From the IMG/VR virus record IMGVR_UViG_2802429244_000016: a stretch of 15,574 nucleotides of DNA, one strand, 5' to 3'. Every line of letters begins with the position of its first letter. Position 1 is the first letter of the stretch. The position numbers were made by a program, and so were the translations under genes. The stretch is from a virus (taxonomy: Duplodnaviria; Heunggongvirae; Uroviricota; Caudoviricetes). Below are positions 8,170 through 15,574 of this stretch, one piece after another. The notes below the pieces were generated by a model that saw only the letters and a program-made list of their open reading frames with translations, was not told the DNA's origin and searched no databases.

Positions 8170-10912
8170 TCTTATCCGTCAGGTTATCAGTGCGTCTGAA
8201 AACAACTGGCCTCATGTGCTGGGCTGCCTGAACATAAATGTCCCTGACTCTCCGCGCCGTCATGCTCCCTGCCCTGCATGTGGGGGCAAAGATCGATTCC
8301 GGTTCGATGACAACGGGCGCGGTAGCTTCATCTGTAATCAGTGCGGCGCTGGTGATGGGCTGGATTTAATTAAACGCGTAAATAACTGCGACACAACAGA
8401 GGCGGCGCTTCTTGCCGCTGATGTTCTGGGTATTGATTACCGGACAACGGAAACACCAGAAGCCACCAGCCAGAAACGGGAACAACAGGAAACCGAGCGC
8501 CAGCGACGCGAACAGGAGCGCCTGAAAAGGGCAGAGAAGGACGAACAACAAAGACGGGATACGTTTTCCCGTCAGTTTGATGACATGCGCAGAAAGGCTG
8601 TAAACGGCAAATCTGATTATCTGGTTGCGAAAGGGGTAGGTGATTTTACATTCCCCGTGTTGCCCGATGGATCTCTGTTGCTGGCGCTGGTGGATAAATC
8701 CGGCGCAGTAACAGCAGCACAGACTATTACCTCACATGGTGAAAAAAGACTCCTGACAGGTTCAGCAAAGCGAGGGGCATATCACGCCATAAACGCACCA
8801 GAAACAACACAGAGCATCTTAATCGCAGAAGGGCTGGCAACGGCATTATCTGCCCATTTAATTCGTCCAGAGGCGCTGACAGTGGCGGCGATTGATGCCG
8901 GGAACCTGTTATATGTCGCCCAGGTACTGCGGGATAAATTTCCTTCAGCACAAATCATCATTGCTGCGGATAACGACCACAGCGAAGGAAGACAAAACAC
9001 GGGGAGAATAGCAGCAGAAAAGGCAGCTTTATCTGTTTCTGGATGGGTGGCATTACCCCCGACAGATCACAAAGCAGACTGGAATGATTACCACCAAAAA
9101 CACGGCATTAAATGCGCCACAGAAGCGTTCAATAAGTCAATGTACCAACCACAGGGTAATGGCGTGAAACAGGAGCCACAGACCATTGAGGGAAGCGATT
9201 TTAAGGTTATGGATACCGACCCACTGAAACCAAGAATAGAAAGCCGCGAGGATGGTATTTATTGGGTATCTCCGAGAGCTGACAGCCAGAGTGGAGAAAT
9301 CATCAATAACGAAAGCTGGTTATGTTCTCCGTTAAGCGTTATCGGTACTGGCAGAGACGATAAAGACCAGTATCTCATTCTTCGCTGGCTGTCGTTTGGT
9401 TCTGAAACGCCGACAACCGCTGCCATTCCACTGGCTGATATTGGTGAACGTGAAGGATGGCGCACACTTAAAGCTGGTGGGGTAAATGTCACGACCAAAA
9501 GCAGCCTCAGAGCAATACTGGCAGACTGGCTACAACGCAGTGGCTCTCGTGAATTGTGGCGTGTTGCTCATGCCACTGGCTGGCAATGCGGAGCGTACAT
9601 CATGCCTGATGGGGAAATCATCGGAACACCTGAAAATCCTGTGCTGTTCAGCGGGAGAAGCTCAGCCGCAGCCGGATATACCGTCTCAGGGAGCGCGAAA
9701 AGCTGGCGTGATAACGTGGCGCGTCTGGCCTTTGGTAACTATTCAATGATGACCGGGATCGGCGCAGCACTGGCAGCGCCATTGATTGGGCTGGTGGGCG
9801 CTGACGGGTTCGGCATTCATTTCTATGAGCAGTCGAGCGCAGGTAAGACCACCACGGCAAACGTGGCGAGCAGCTTATACGGCAACCCTGATTTACTGCG
9901 GCTGACGTGGTACGGAACCGCGCTGGGGCTGGCAAATGAAGCCGCCGCCCACAATGACGGACTAATGCCGCTTGATGAAGTTGGTCAGGGCGCTGATCCT
10001 GTCAGTGTTTCACAGTCTGCCTATGCGTTATTTAACGGTGTAGGGAAACTGCAAGGTGCTAAAGATGGTGGAAACCGGGATCTAAAACGCTGGCGTACAG
10101 TGGCAATCAGCACCGGAGAAATGGATTTAGAAACATTTATCGCTACTTCCGGGCGAAAAACCAAAGCCGGGCAACTGGTGCGACTGCTGAATATTCCGTT
10201 GAGTAAAGCAGTACGCTTTCACGATTACCAGAACGGAAAACAGCACGCAGACGCACTGAAAGACGCTTACCAGCATCACCACGGCGCAGCCGGGCGTGAG
10301 TGGATTAAATGGCTGGCAGACCACCAGCAACAGGCTATTAAAACTGTTCGTGACTGCGAAAGCAGATGGAGAAGCCTGATTCCATCCGATTATGGTGAGC
10401 AGGTTCACCGTGTAGCCGCGCGATTTGCCATTCTGGAGGCCGCATTGCTGTTAGGCGAGGTTGTAACAGGCTGGGATGCTCAGACATGCCGTGATGCGAT
10501 ACAGCACAGCTATAACGCATGGTTGCGCGAGTTCGGCACAGGTAACAAAGAACATCAGCAGATTATTGAACAAACGGAGGCATTTCTTAATGCCTATGGG
10601 CTTAGCCGTTTTGCACCATTTCCATACAGCCCGGCAGATTTGCCAATCAAAGATTTAGCCGGATACCGTCAGCGTGGAGAACATGACGAAAGCCCAATGA
10701 TTTTCTACACATTCCCGGCCACATTTGAAAAGGAGATCGCATGTGGTTTCAACGCAAAACAGTTTGCTGAAGTGTTGAAAAAAGCCGGGATGCTAACCCC
10801 ACCAAACAGCGGTCGTGGATACCAAAGAAAATCACCACGTATTCAGGGACGACAAATAAACGTTTATGTACTCAATTACCAGCCAGGAGATTACAACTCA
10901 TCTGAAGAATGA
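8153..10912 (+). CDS. Bifunctional DNA primase/helicase, P4 alpha-like (zinc-ribbon + TOPRIM primase N-terminus, P-loop NTPase C-terminus); functionally the pri-rep of a satellite
   Basis: 919 aa. Cys4 zinc ribbon CPACGGKDRFRFDDNGRGSFICNQCG; TOPRIM-like IAEGLATALS and IIIAADNDHSEGRQNTG; Walker A FYEQSSAGKTT. Start is GTG 8153 or ATG 8156, overlapping the upstream gene. Confidence 0.9.
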   Translation: MMRNIDLIRQVISASENNWPHVLGCLNINVPDSPRRHAPCPACGGKDRFRFDDNGRGSFICNQCGAGDGLDLIKRVNNCDTTEAALLAADVLGIDYRTTETPEATSQKREQQETERQRREQERLKRAEKDEQQRRDTFSRQFDDMRRKAVNGKSDYLVAKGVGDFTFPVLPDGSLLLALVDKSGAVTAAQTITSHGEKRLLTGSAKRGAYHAINAPETTQSILIAEGLATALSAHLIRPEALTVAAIDAGNLLYVAQVLRDKFPSAQIIIAADNDHSEGRQNTGRIAAEKAALSVSGWVALPPTDHKADWNDYHQKHGIKCATEAFNKSMYQPQGNGVKQEPQTIEGSDFKVMDTDPLKPRIESREDGIYWVSPRADSQSGEIINNESWLCSPLSVIGTGRDDKDQYLILRWLSFGSETPTTAAIPLADIGEREGWRTLKAGGVNVTTKSSLRAILADWLQRSGSRELWRVAHATGWQCGAYIMPDGEIIGTPENPVLFSGRSSAAAGYTVSGSAKSWRDNVARLAFGNYSMMTGIGAALAAPLIGLVGADGFGIHFYEQSSAGKTTTANVASSLYGNPDLLRLTWYGTALGLANEAAAHNDGLMPLDEVGQGADPVSVSQSAYALFNGVGKLQGAKDGGNRDLKRWRTVAISTGEMDLETFIATSGRKTKAGQLVRLLNIPLSKAVRFHDYQNGKQHADALKDAYQHHHGAAGREWIKWLADHQQQAIKTVRDCESRWRSLIPSDYGEQVHRVAARFAILEAALLLGEVVTGWDAQTCRDAIQHSYNAWLREFGTGNKEHQQIIEQTEAFLNAYGLSRFAPFPYSPADLPIKDLAGYRQRGEHDESPMIFYTFPATFEKEIACGFNAKQFAEVLKKAGMLTPPNSGRGYQRKSPRIQGRQINVYVLNYQPGDYNSSEE

Positions 10913-10938
10913 GCTTCTTCATGTGCGTAGAAAAGGTG

Positions 10939-11048
10939 TTGGTTCAGTTGGTTCAGTTGGCTCAATTTGTAAAGAGTATTGTTTTATAAGGATTTTATTC
11001 TTTTTGTTGAACCAACACTGAACCAACAACACGGTATTTTGAACCAAC
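10939..11048 (+). repeat. Iteron cluster A (ori-like): 3 tandem GTTGGTTCA, AT-rich spacer, 3 inverted TGAACCAAC
   Basis: GTTGGTTCA at 10939-10947 and 10948-10956, GTTGGCTCA at 10957-10965; AT-rich spacer; TGAACCAAC at 11008-11016, 11019-11027 and 11040-11048. Immediately 3' of the primase gene. Confidence 0.7.
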
Positions 11049-11098
11049 ACAATGTGACTGAATTGATGCGCACAACACCTGGCTGGCATCAGAGAGTG

Positions 11099-11174
11099 TT
11101 TTACGAGACTTTCGTAAAATCCTGTGTACAAGGGCGTGGCGTTTTTGAAGGATAAACCTACGAAATTTTCGTAG
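11099..11174 (+). promoter_or_regulatory. Two dyad-symmetric operator-like sites with shared core TACGA-N5-TCGTA
   Basis: TTTTACGA-GACTT-TCGTAAAA (11099-11119) and the perfect 17-bp palindrome CTACGAAATTTTCGTAG (11158-11174), centres about 57 bp apart. Confidence 0.5.
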
Positions 11175-11370
11175 TTCAAAAAATAGTCTCTGAGATGTTG
11201 TTATGCCTGTTCAGCAAACCATCTGCGTAGCTGATCGCGAATCAAATTACCAATGGAGCCAGAAGCAAGGGCAGAACTGGAAATCGCCTGCCGTGTAGAG
11301 TAATGCGACACCATAAATATAGTTTTCAGAGTCCATAGAAACCTGTCAAAACCTGACATACAGAACGATG

Positions 11371-11399
11371 CCACCAGATACTGAATGGTGGAATTTTTG
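11371..11399 (+). terminator. Weak candidate intrinsic terminator
   Basis: CCACCA-GATACTGAA-TGGTGG followed by AATTTTTGT; 6-bp stem, so marginal. Confidence 0.25.
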
Positions 11400-11493
11400 T
11401 GCTATTTGTTTCATATTTTGCAATAACAATGATGAGTGATGCGATTTATGAAACTATAATAACTGTTGTTTTATACAGATCTAAGGGGGCGTT

Positions 11494-11673
11494 ATGGCTA
11501 TTTCAGTAAAGCCAGTATTGATAAGTGAGAAGCAAATGGAAGCGATAAAGAAAATTCAGGAAGAGCAGCGTAAAAAATCAGAGGTAGGAGTTGCGCCAAC
11601 GATCCATGAAATTGCTCGGGGATTAATGGATAAGGCGCTGACAATACACGCAAAAATGAAGGTGTCTGCATGA
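11494..11673 (+). CDS. Small hypothetical protein (59 aa), translationally coupled to the 604-aa gene
   Basis: Not in the supplied ORF track (below its length cut-off). RBS AAGGGGG (11482-11488) then ATG at 11494; TATAAT at 11455-11460 upstream; stop TGA overlaps the next ATG (ATGA). MAISVKPVLISEKQMEAIKKIQEEQRKKSEVGVAPTIHEIARGLMDKALTIHAKMKVSA. Confidence 0.5.
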   Translation: MAISVKPVLISEKQMEAIKKIQEEQRKKSEVGVAPTIHEIARGLMDKALTIHAKMKVSA

Positions 11674-13484
11674 TTATCAATGAGTTGGCCTACAAGGTCA
11701 CAATTAAGGCCGATGAATTCCTGAATGGAAAACGGAAAGTAAAAGATGAAGTTAGTAAATTAAACAAAGATCTTTCCAGGGCTGAGAAGGAAAGGTTAAA
11801 GGAACTTGAAAAACAACGGCAGGAAATGGAGAAGTTCAGTAAAAACGCTGTTTCAGCTTTCCGCAACGTGACAACAGCAGCCGCTGGATTTTTGGGAATC
11901 GGCGCTGGGTTGTATGGAATCAAGCAACTTTTTACATCTACCGTCAACGAAATCGTGAGAGCCAGTCAACAGGCCAAGTTTTTCGGTTCTGATGTTAATA
12001 AGATGTTTGGTGTTCAGCGGGGATTTCGTCAGGCTGGTCTTAACGGTGACTCGTTCATTTCATCTTCTGGGAATGCCAGAATGGCTTTGGCAAATATTGC
12101 CGATCCAACTGTTATGGGAGGGCTTACTGGCGCTGCCCAAAATTTGCTGGTTCTTGGCGCTCGCACCGGATTAGATATCAATAAGCTCGGTGACCCAAAC
12201 AAGGCTCTTGCTGAGTTTTCTCGCTATGGCAAGACTCATTCTCAAGAAAACCTGATGCAGGTGATGGCTGCCGCAGGGTTCGATCCGACAGATGCCGCTA
12301 AAATAAAATCAGGGGAACTTAAGCAGCTTGTCGATTCAGAAACAAAGAAATCCCGTATTACCGCACAGCAGGTAAAAGAGCAGGAGAAGGTTGCCGCCAC
12401 TCTTGGTCAACTTGATTCAGAGTTTTCCCGATTAAAGCAAAATTTAGCCATGGCATTTGCTCCTGACGTTATTGACGGAATGAAGGCTTTTGGTTCCTGG
12501 ATTGAGAAACATCATGGCGACATCATTGGCTTTTTCAATGACGCCGGAAATATGACGAAGCAATTCACAAAGGCAGTTGGTGGTGCGGAAGAGGCTCTGA
12601 AACTATTGGCAGCAGCATATGTAGGAAGCAAACTTACAGGCGGCGCCCTTCCTCCATGGTTGGCTGGGTTAATAGCATATGGTTTGTATCTCTACAATGA
12701 CAGGGAAAACATTGAGGGTGCAGCTAAAGGATCGTTTGATTACTCTAAGCGTGAACTTGGAGATACCATGCGCAGCATGGGGTTTGACACCGATTTTGGG
12801 CGTAGGGGAGATGAGATTTATGGCAATAACATTCAGCCAGATATCCCTCTCCCTGACGGAGTAAAGCCAGTAAGCATGGATTCTCTCCTTGACGCCATTC
12901 GTGAGGTGGAATCGAGTGGTGGTAAAAAACTTTATAGCCCGAAAGGTGCTGTTGGTCCGTATCAGTTCATGAAGGATACTGCCATAGCGTACGGGTTAAA
13001 GGTCGGGGATGGGATTGATGAGCGCCTTGATGAGGTGAAATCTCGCGCTGCTGCTGAAAGGTTCATGAGGGATTTGCTAAAGCACTATAAAGGCAATGTT
13101 AACCATGCGCTGATGGCTTACAACTGGGGGATGGGCAATGTAGATAAAAAGTTAAAATACATATCCAGTACCGGGTTTGATTCACCATCATCCAAATACT
13201 GGAACACCTTACCGAAAGAGACGCGAGAATATGTGCCAAAGATTCGCGCAGCTCTTAATGCAAAAGAAAACGAGACGCTGGCTTACTATCAGCAGCAGCA
13301 ACGCATCGCCTCAACACCAAGCCAGACAACATCAAAAATTGACAACAGCCGTAGCAGCAGTACAACTATTGGCACGGTTGTTGTTAACAGTAACCCGACA
13401 ACAGTTGATGCTCTTACCAGAAGTGTCAATCAGCAAGTTAGCCGGGTGTCAACAAACGCGGCATTTTCTAGTGCCGTTAAGTAG
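11670..13484 (+). CDS. Coiled-coil, membrane-associated protein with C-terminal lytic transglycosylase (SLT/lysozyme-like) domain and Q/S/T-rich tail; tape-measure or injection-protein-like architecture
   Basis: 604 aa. N-terminal K/E-rich coiled coil (about aa 20-60); hydrophobic segments AAAGFLGIGAGLYGI and ALPPWLAGLIAYGLYLY; SLT signature about aa 404-490 (nt about 12879-13140): DAIREVESSGG, GAVGPYQFM, ALMAYNWGMGN. Tail YYQQQQRIASTPSQTTSKIDNSRSSSTT. Confidence 0.8.
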   Translation: MIINELAYKVTIKADEFLNGKRKVKDEVSKLNKDLSRAEKERLKELEKQRQEMEKFSKNAVSAFRNVTTAAAGFLGIGAGLYGIKQLFTSTVNEIVRASQQAKFFGSDVNKMFGVQRGFRQAGLNGDSFISSSGNARMALANIADPTVMGGLTGAAQNLLVLGARTGLDINKLGDPNKALAEFSRYGKTHSQENLMQVMAAAGFDPTDAAKIKSGELKQLVDSETKKSRITAQQVKEQEKVAATLGQLDSEFSRLKQNLAMAFAPDVIDGMKAFGSWIEKHHGDIIGFFNDAGNMTKQFTKAVGGAEEALKLLAAAYVGSKLTGGALPPWLAGLIAYGLYLYNDRENIEGAAKGSFDYSKRELGDTMRSMGFDTDFGRRGDEIYGNNIQPDIPLPDGVKPVSMDSLLDAIREVESSGGKKLYSPKGAVGPYQFMKDTAIAYGLKVGDGIDERLDEVKSRAAAERFMRDLLKHYKGNVNHALMAYNWGMGNVDKKLKYISSTGFDSPSSKYWNTLPKETREYVPKIRAALNAKENETLAYYQQQQRIASTPSQTTSKIDNSRSSSTTIGTVVVNSNPTTVDALTRSVNQQVSRVSTNAAFSSAVK

Positions 13485-13509
13485 TCATACTTCTAGTGCT
13501 CGTTGAAAA

Positions 13510-14226
13510 TTATTTGGATAATGAGTTAGCCACTCTAATTACCTTAATTAAGAATGCGTATTCTACTGAGCCTTTCCCATAGGCTCTTTCTGCTATATCT
13601 AAAGCTTTAACAAGAGGTATTCCGTGCTGGTCTTGTGTAATATTGGCAACCATAACACCCTGACATGCTAACATTCCGTCAACCCTCAGTATGGAATAGC
13701 TTGTTGAATCTTTTGGAGCCTCTTGAGATAACTGTTCGCAATGATTTTTTATCGTTAAACCATGTATCTTTTTTTGTGATGCATAAAGCTCCAGTGCTGA
13801 AACCTTTTGCTCAGTTGTAGCATTTGATGGAACCGTGGGGTAAATAACCTGATCTGGATGTTGACTGTAATAATACTCGGTTGCCATCTCAGAAGATGTA
13901 TTAATGACATTAATTTGATAGGCTTTCCTGTCATCATTGAAGCCCCAAACAGATTTAACCTTGGCTATTTTCCACTGATTTATTTCTTTTGCATTTTTAG
14001 CAACAACTGCCGTTCTCATGGCGTCTATGCAGGTAAGATTCACATAAGACCTAACATCTGCAGGTGTTTCCCCAATTTTCGCGAGTTCATCCCCTGATTT
14101 CTCAACAACTTGCTCAGCGTATGAAGAACATTTTTCAATAAGATCTAACCCCGTCACATTTTCAGCATTTACCTTCACAGACAGGAAGATGGAGAACATT
14201 ATTACGAGTGCCGTTATTTTTTTCAT
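13510..14226 (-). CDS. Secreted (Sec signal peptide) hypothetical protein, 238 aa, four Cys; convergent with the SLT-domain gene
   Basis: MKKITALVIMFSIFLSVKVNA followed by ENVTG (predicted cleavage after VNA). Mature part has four Cys, consistent with periplasmic disulfides. Visibly AT-rich compared with the rest of the element. No family recognised. Confidence 0.75.
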   Translation of the reverse strand: MKKITALVIMFSIFLSVKVNAENVTGLDLIEKCSSYAEQVVEKSGDELAKIGETPADVRSYVNLTCIDAMRTAVVAKNAKEINQWKIAKVKSVWGFNDDRKAYQINVINTSSEMATEYYYSQHPDQVIYPTVPSNATTEQKVSALELYASQKKIHGLTIKNHCEQLSQEAPKDSTSYSILRVDGMLACQGVMVANITQDQHGIPLVKALDIAERAYGKGSVEYAFLIKVIRVANSLSK

Positions 14227-14583
14227 CTCGATACCATTGTGTAATTTTGATGACTTTATCTACTAACCTGTTTATCAACATATGATTTACCACAAAACGT
14301 GAGATTTCATAACGCGTCCAGCAGTTGATGTTGCCAATCCTACTACATGATCTGTTAATATTTGTTAATATTCTAAGCCGTTAAGATGATGTACTGATTT
14401 TCTATTTGGCAGCCTGTCAGTCCTCACCCTCAACGACGCAAAAAGCAACTCTGCCGACCACGAATTATCTCATGGATGGTCATATCATACCGGGCACCAC
14501 TAGCATGGAGGCAAATGATAAAACCATATGAGAGCACCAGCCAATCAACAGAAGAAACCTGCACCTCTTCAGATAACCCAGAG

Positions 14584-15027
14584 CTATGACTGTAGAACCA
14601 CCATTATTTTCTCAGTGTTACGTCCTTGTCGTTTCCACGCGCTGTAAATGTCTTTATCCCACGCTTTACCAGCTTTTGTTTGATAGCCTGCTTCATTGAG
14701 CCGTTCAGCTATCACACGCCCATTATCAAATCCCTGTTGGATGGTATCGGCAATGATCTTTATAACTGCCGTTTCGTTATATGGCTTTGGTGGGATGTTC
14801 GGCTTTCCGGCAATAAGCGACGCAGCGGCTTTTTCCATGCGCTCCACCAGCCCAAGCATTCGTGAATCAATAGACTTTTCCGGCTGTCCCAGCTTCATGC
14901 GAATCGCATCAACAAGCCAGGAGGTTTTATCCCCTCCAGAAGCGAGAACAGACCGATTAAACTCATCCTGCAATTCAGATGGGATGCGGAACGCGATCAG
15001 ATTAGATTTGCTCATTGCAAAGACCAT
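14584..15027 (-). CDS. Putative DNA-binding regulator: N-terminal ribbon-helix-helix (CopG/Arc/MetJ-like) plus C-terminal recombinase-type HTH-like motif
   Basis: Either MVFAMSKSNLIAFRIPSELQDEFNRSVLASGGDKTSWLVDAIRMKLG or its internal Met: beta strand IAFRIP followed by two helices fits RHH. C-terminal IAERLNEAGYQTKAGKAWDKDIYSAWKRQG resembles the recombinase-type HTH motif. Neither candidate start has a clear RBS. Confidence 0.6.
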   Translation of the reverse strand: MVFAMSKSNLIAFRIPSELQDEFNRSVLASGGDKTSWLVDAIRMKLGQPEKSIDSRMLGLVERMEKAAASLIAGKPNIPPKPYNETAVIKIIADTIQQGFDNGRVIAERLNEAGYQTKAGKAWDKDIYSAWKRQGRNTEKIMVVLQS

Positions 15028-15128
15028 ATCAGTGAGTAATATCCATACAGTATACCACTGTATAACACTGTTATACGCTCAAATATCAGCCAGAAAATAA
15101 CGGGCCAATCACAAAGCTATCGCTGTGT

Positions 15129-15250
15129 TGTTGGTTCAGAGCTGGGCTGTGTTGGTTCAAAATGAGTTGATGTTGGTTCAATATTTTAGAAAAAACACAA
15201 TAAAAACAACGATCTTTACAAATTGAACCAACTGAACCAACTGAACCAAC
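15129..15250 (+). repeat. Iteron cluster B (crr-like), inverted copy of cluster A
   Basis: GTTGGTTCA at 15129-15137, 15151-15159 and 15172-15180; AT-rich spacer; tandem TGAACCAAC at 15224-15232, 15233-15241 and 15242-15250. Its reverse complement aligns with 10935-11050, including the spacer word CAATTTGTAAAGA. Confidence 0.7.
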
Positions 15251-15286
15251 ACCTTTTTGCTTATCTATATAATCTGAGAGGCAGAA

Positions 15287-15574
15287 ATGATAAGGGACAG
15301 GAAAGCTGAAGAGCTGGAGTCAAAAGGGCTATACCGGAGAGCTGCCGCACGATGGGCAGAAGTCATGATGCTGGCAGATGGCGATAAAGAACGTGAACAT
15401 GCAGCAAACAGACGCTCTGAATGTATCCGTAAGGCGGCACGCCCACCAGCAACTACAGACAGATTCGGAGATTTAAGACAGGCAGTTAAGCGGACTCATT
15501 CGGCTCTTGGTATGGATGAGGAAGCGAGAGGGTACTTCAGGCGTTATCGCGATAAAGATTGCCAGAGACAGTAA
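15287..15574 (+). CDS. PerC-family transcriptional regulator-like protein (95 aa)
   Basis: RBS GAGAGG before the ATG; MIRDRKAEELESKGLYRRAAARWAEVMMLADGDKERE... matches the conserved PerC/Pch N-terminal pattern as I recall it; the stop TAA is the last codon of the window. Confidence 0.65.
   Translation: MIRDRKAEELESKGLYRRAAARWAEVMMLADGDKEREHAANRRSECIRKAARPPATTDRFGDLRQAVKRTHSALGMDEEARGYFRRYRDKDCQRQ

Larger units (their letters stand above)
1446..15574 (+). mobile_element. Integrated phage-satellite-like element (PICI-like, with P4-like replication module) inserted at thrW; right boundary lies beyond the window
   Basis: The integrase starts 165 bp after the tRNA 3' end and is followed by alpA, a coupled small-ORF operon, a P4-alpha-like primase/helicase, iteron clusters and cargo. 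No copy of the tRNA 3' end (attR) is seen inside the window. Confidence 0.8.

Noticed and set aside
8366-10658. Nine short ORFs within or antisense to the primase/helicase gene
   Set aside because: They are embedded in a 919-aa frame with recognisable zinc-ribbon, TOPRIM and Walker A motifs; they are shadow ORFs.
10919-11179. 86-aa minus-strand ORF across iteron cluster A (contains PTEPTEPTP)
   Set aside because: Its repetitive peptide is simply the translation of the tandem 9-bp iterons; it is not a gene.
11690-14097. Short ORFs overlapping the 604-aa and 238-aa genes on either strand
   Set aside because: They are nested in or antisense to longer frames that carry a recognisable SLT domain or a signal peptide; no independent start signals.
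14626-15100. Plus-strand ORFs of 79 and 134 aa overlapping the RHH regulator gene
   Set aside because: They are antisense to a frame with a plausible RHH fold and have odd compositions; the minus-strand gene is preferred.
10939-15250. Inverted repeats interpreted as terminal repeats of an IS or composite transposon
   Set aside because: There is no transposase between or beside them, and the internal structure (tandem 9-mers flanking an AT-rich core) is that of replication iterons. Inversion or mobilisation of the bracketed cargo cannot be excluded and is noted in the iteron finding.
1-15574. CRISPR array or other long tandem-repeat array
   Set aside because: No regularly spaced direct repeats with unique spacers were found; the only clustered repeats are the two iteron sets and the short intergenic repeats.

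Overview
The window runs from the housekeeping gene proA (1-1254) and tRNA-Thr(CGU) thrW (1370-1445) into an integrated satellite-like element that continues past the window end. The element has a P4-family tyrosine integrase (1611-2825), an AlpA-type regulator (3477-3680), a small module with an AntA-like protein, and a structured leader followed by eight translationally coupled small ORFs feeding a 919-aa P4-alpha-like primase/helicase (8153-10912). Downstream, two inverted ~115-bp iteron clusters (10939-11048 and 15129-15250, 9-mer GTTGGTTCA / TGAACCAAC) bracket a ~4 kb AT-richer cargo. That cargo is my main candidate for an undescribed system: a 59-aa protein coupled to a 604-aa coiled-coil membrane protein with a C-terminal lytic-transglycosylase domain, a convergent secreted four-Cys protein, and a ribbon-helix-helix regulator next to paired TACGA-N5-TCGTA operators. 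A PerC-like regulator gene (15287-15574) closes the window. The int-alpA-primase core fits a PICI-like satellite with P4-like ori/crr replication sites; no sid/delta/psu or capsid genes are visible here. All calls rest on reading the sequence and remembered family motifs; no searches or folding were run, and the small hypothetical ORFs are the least certain.
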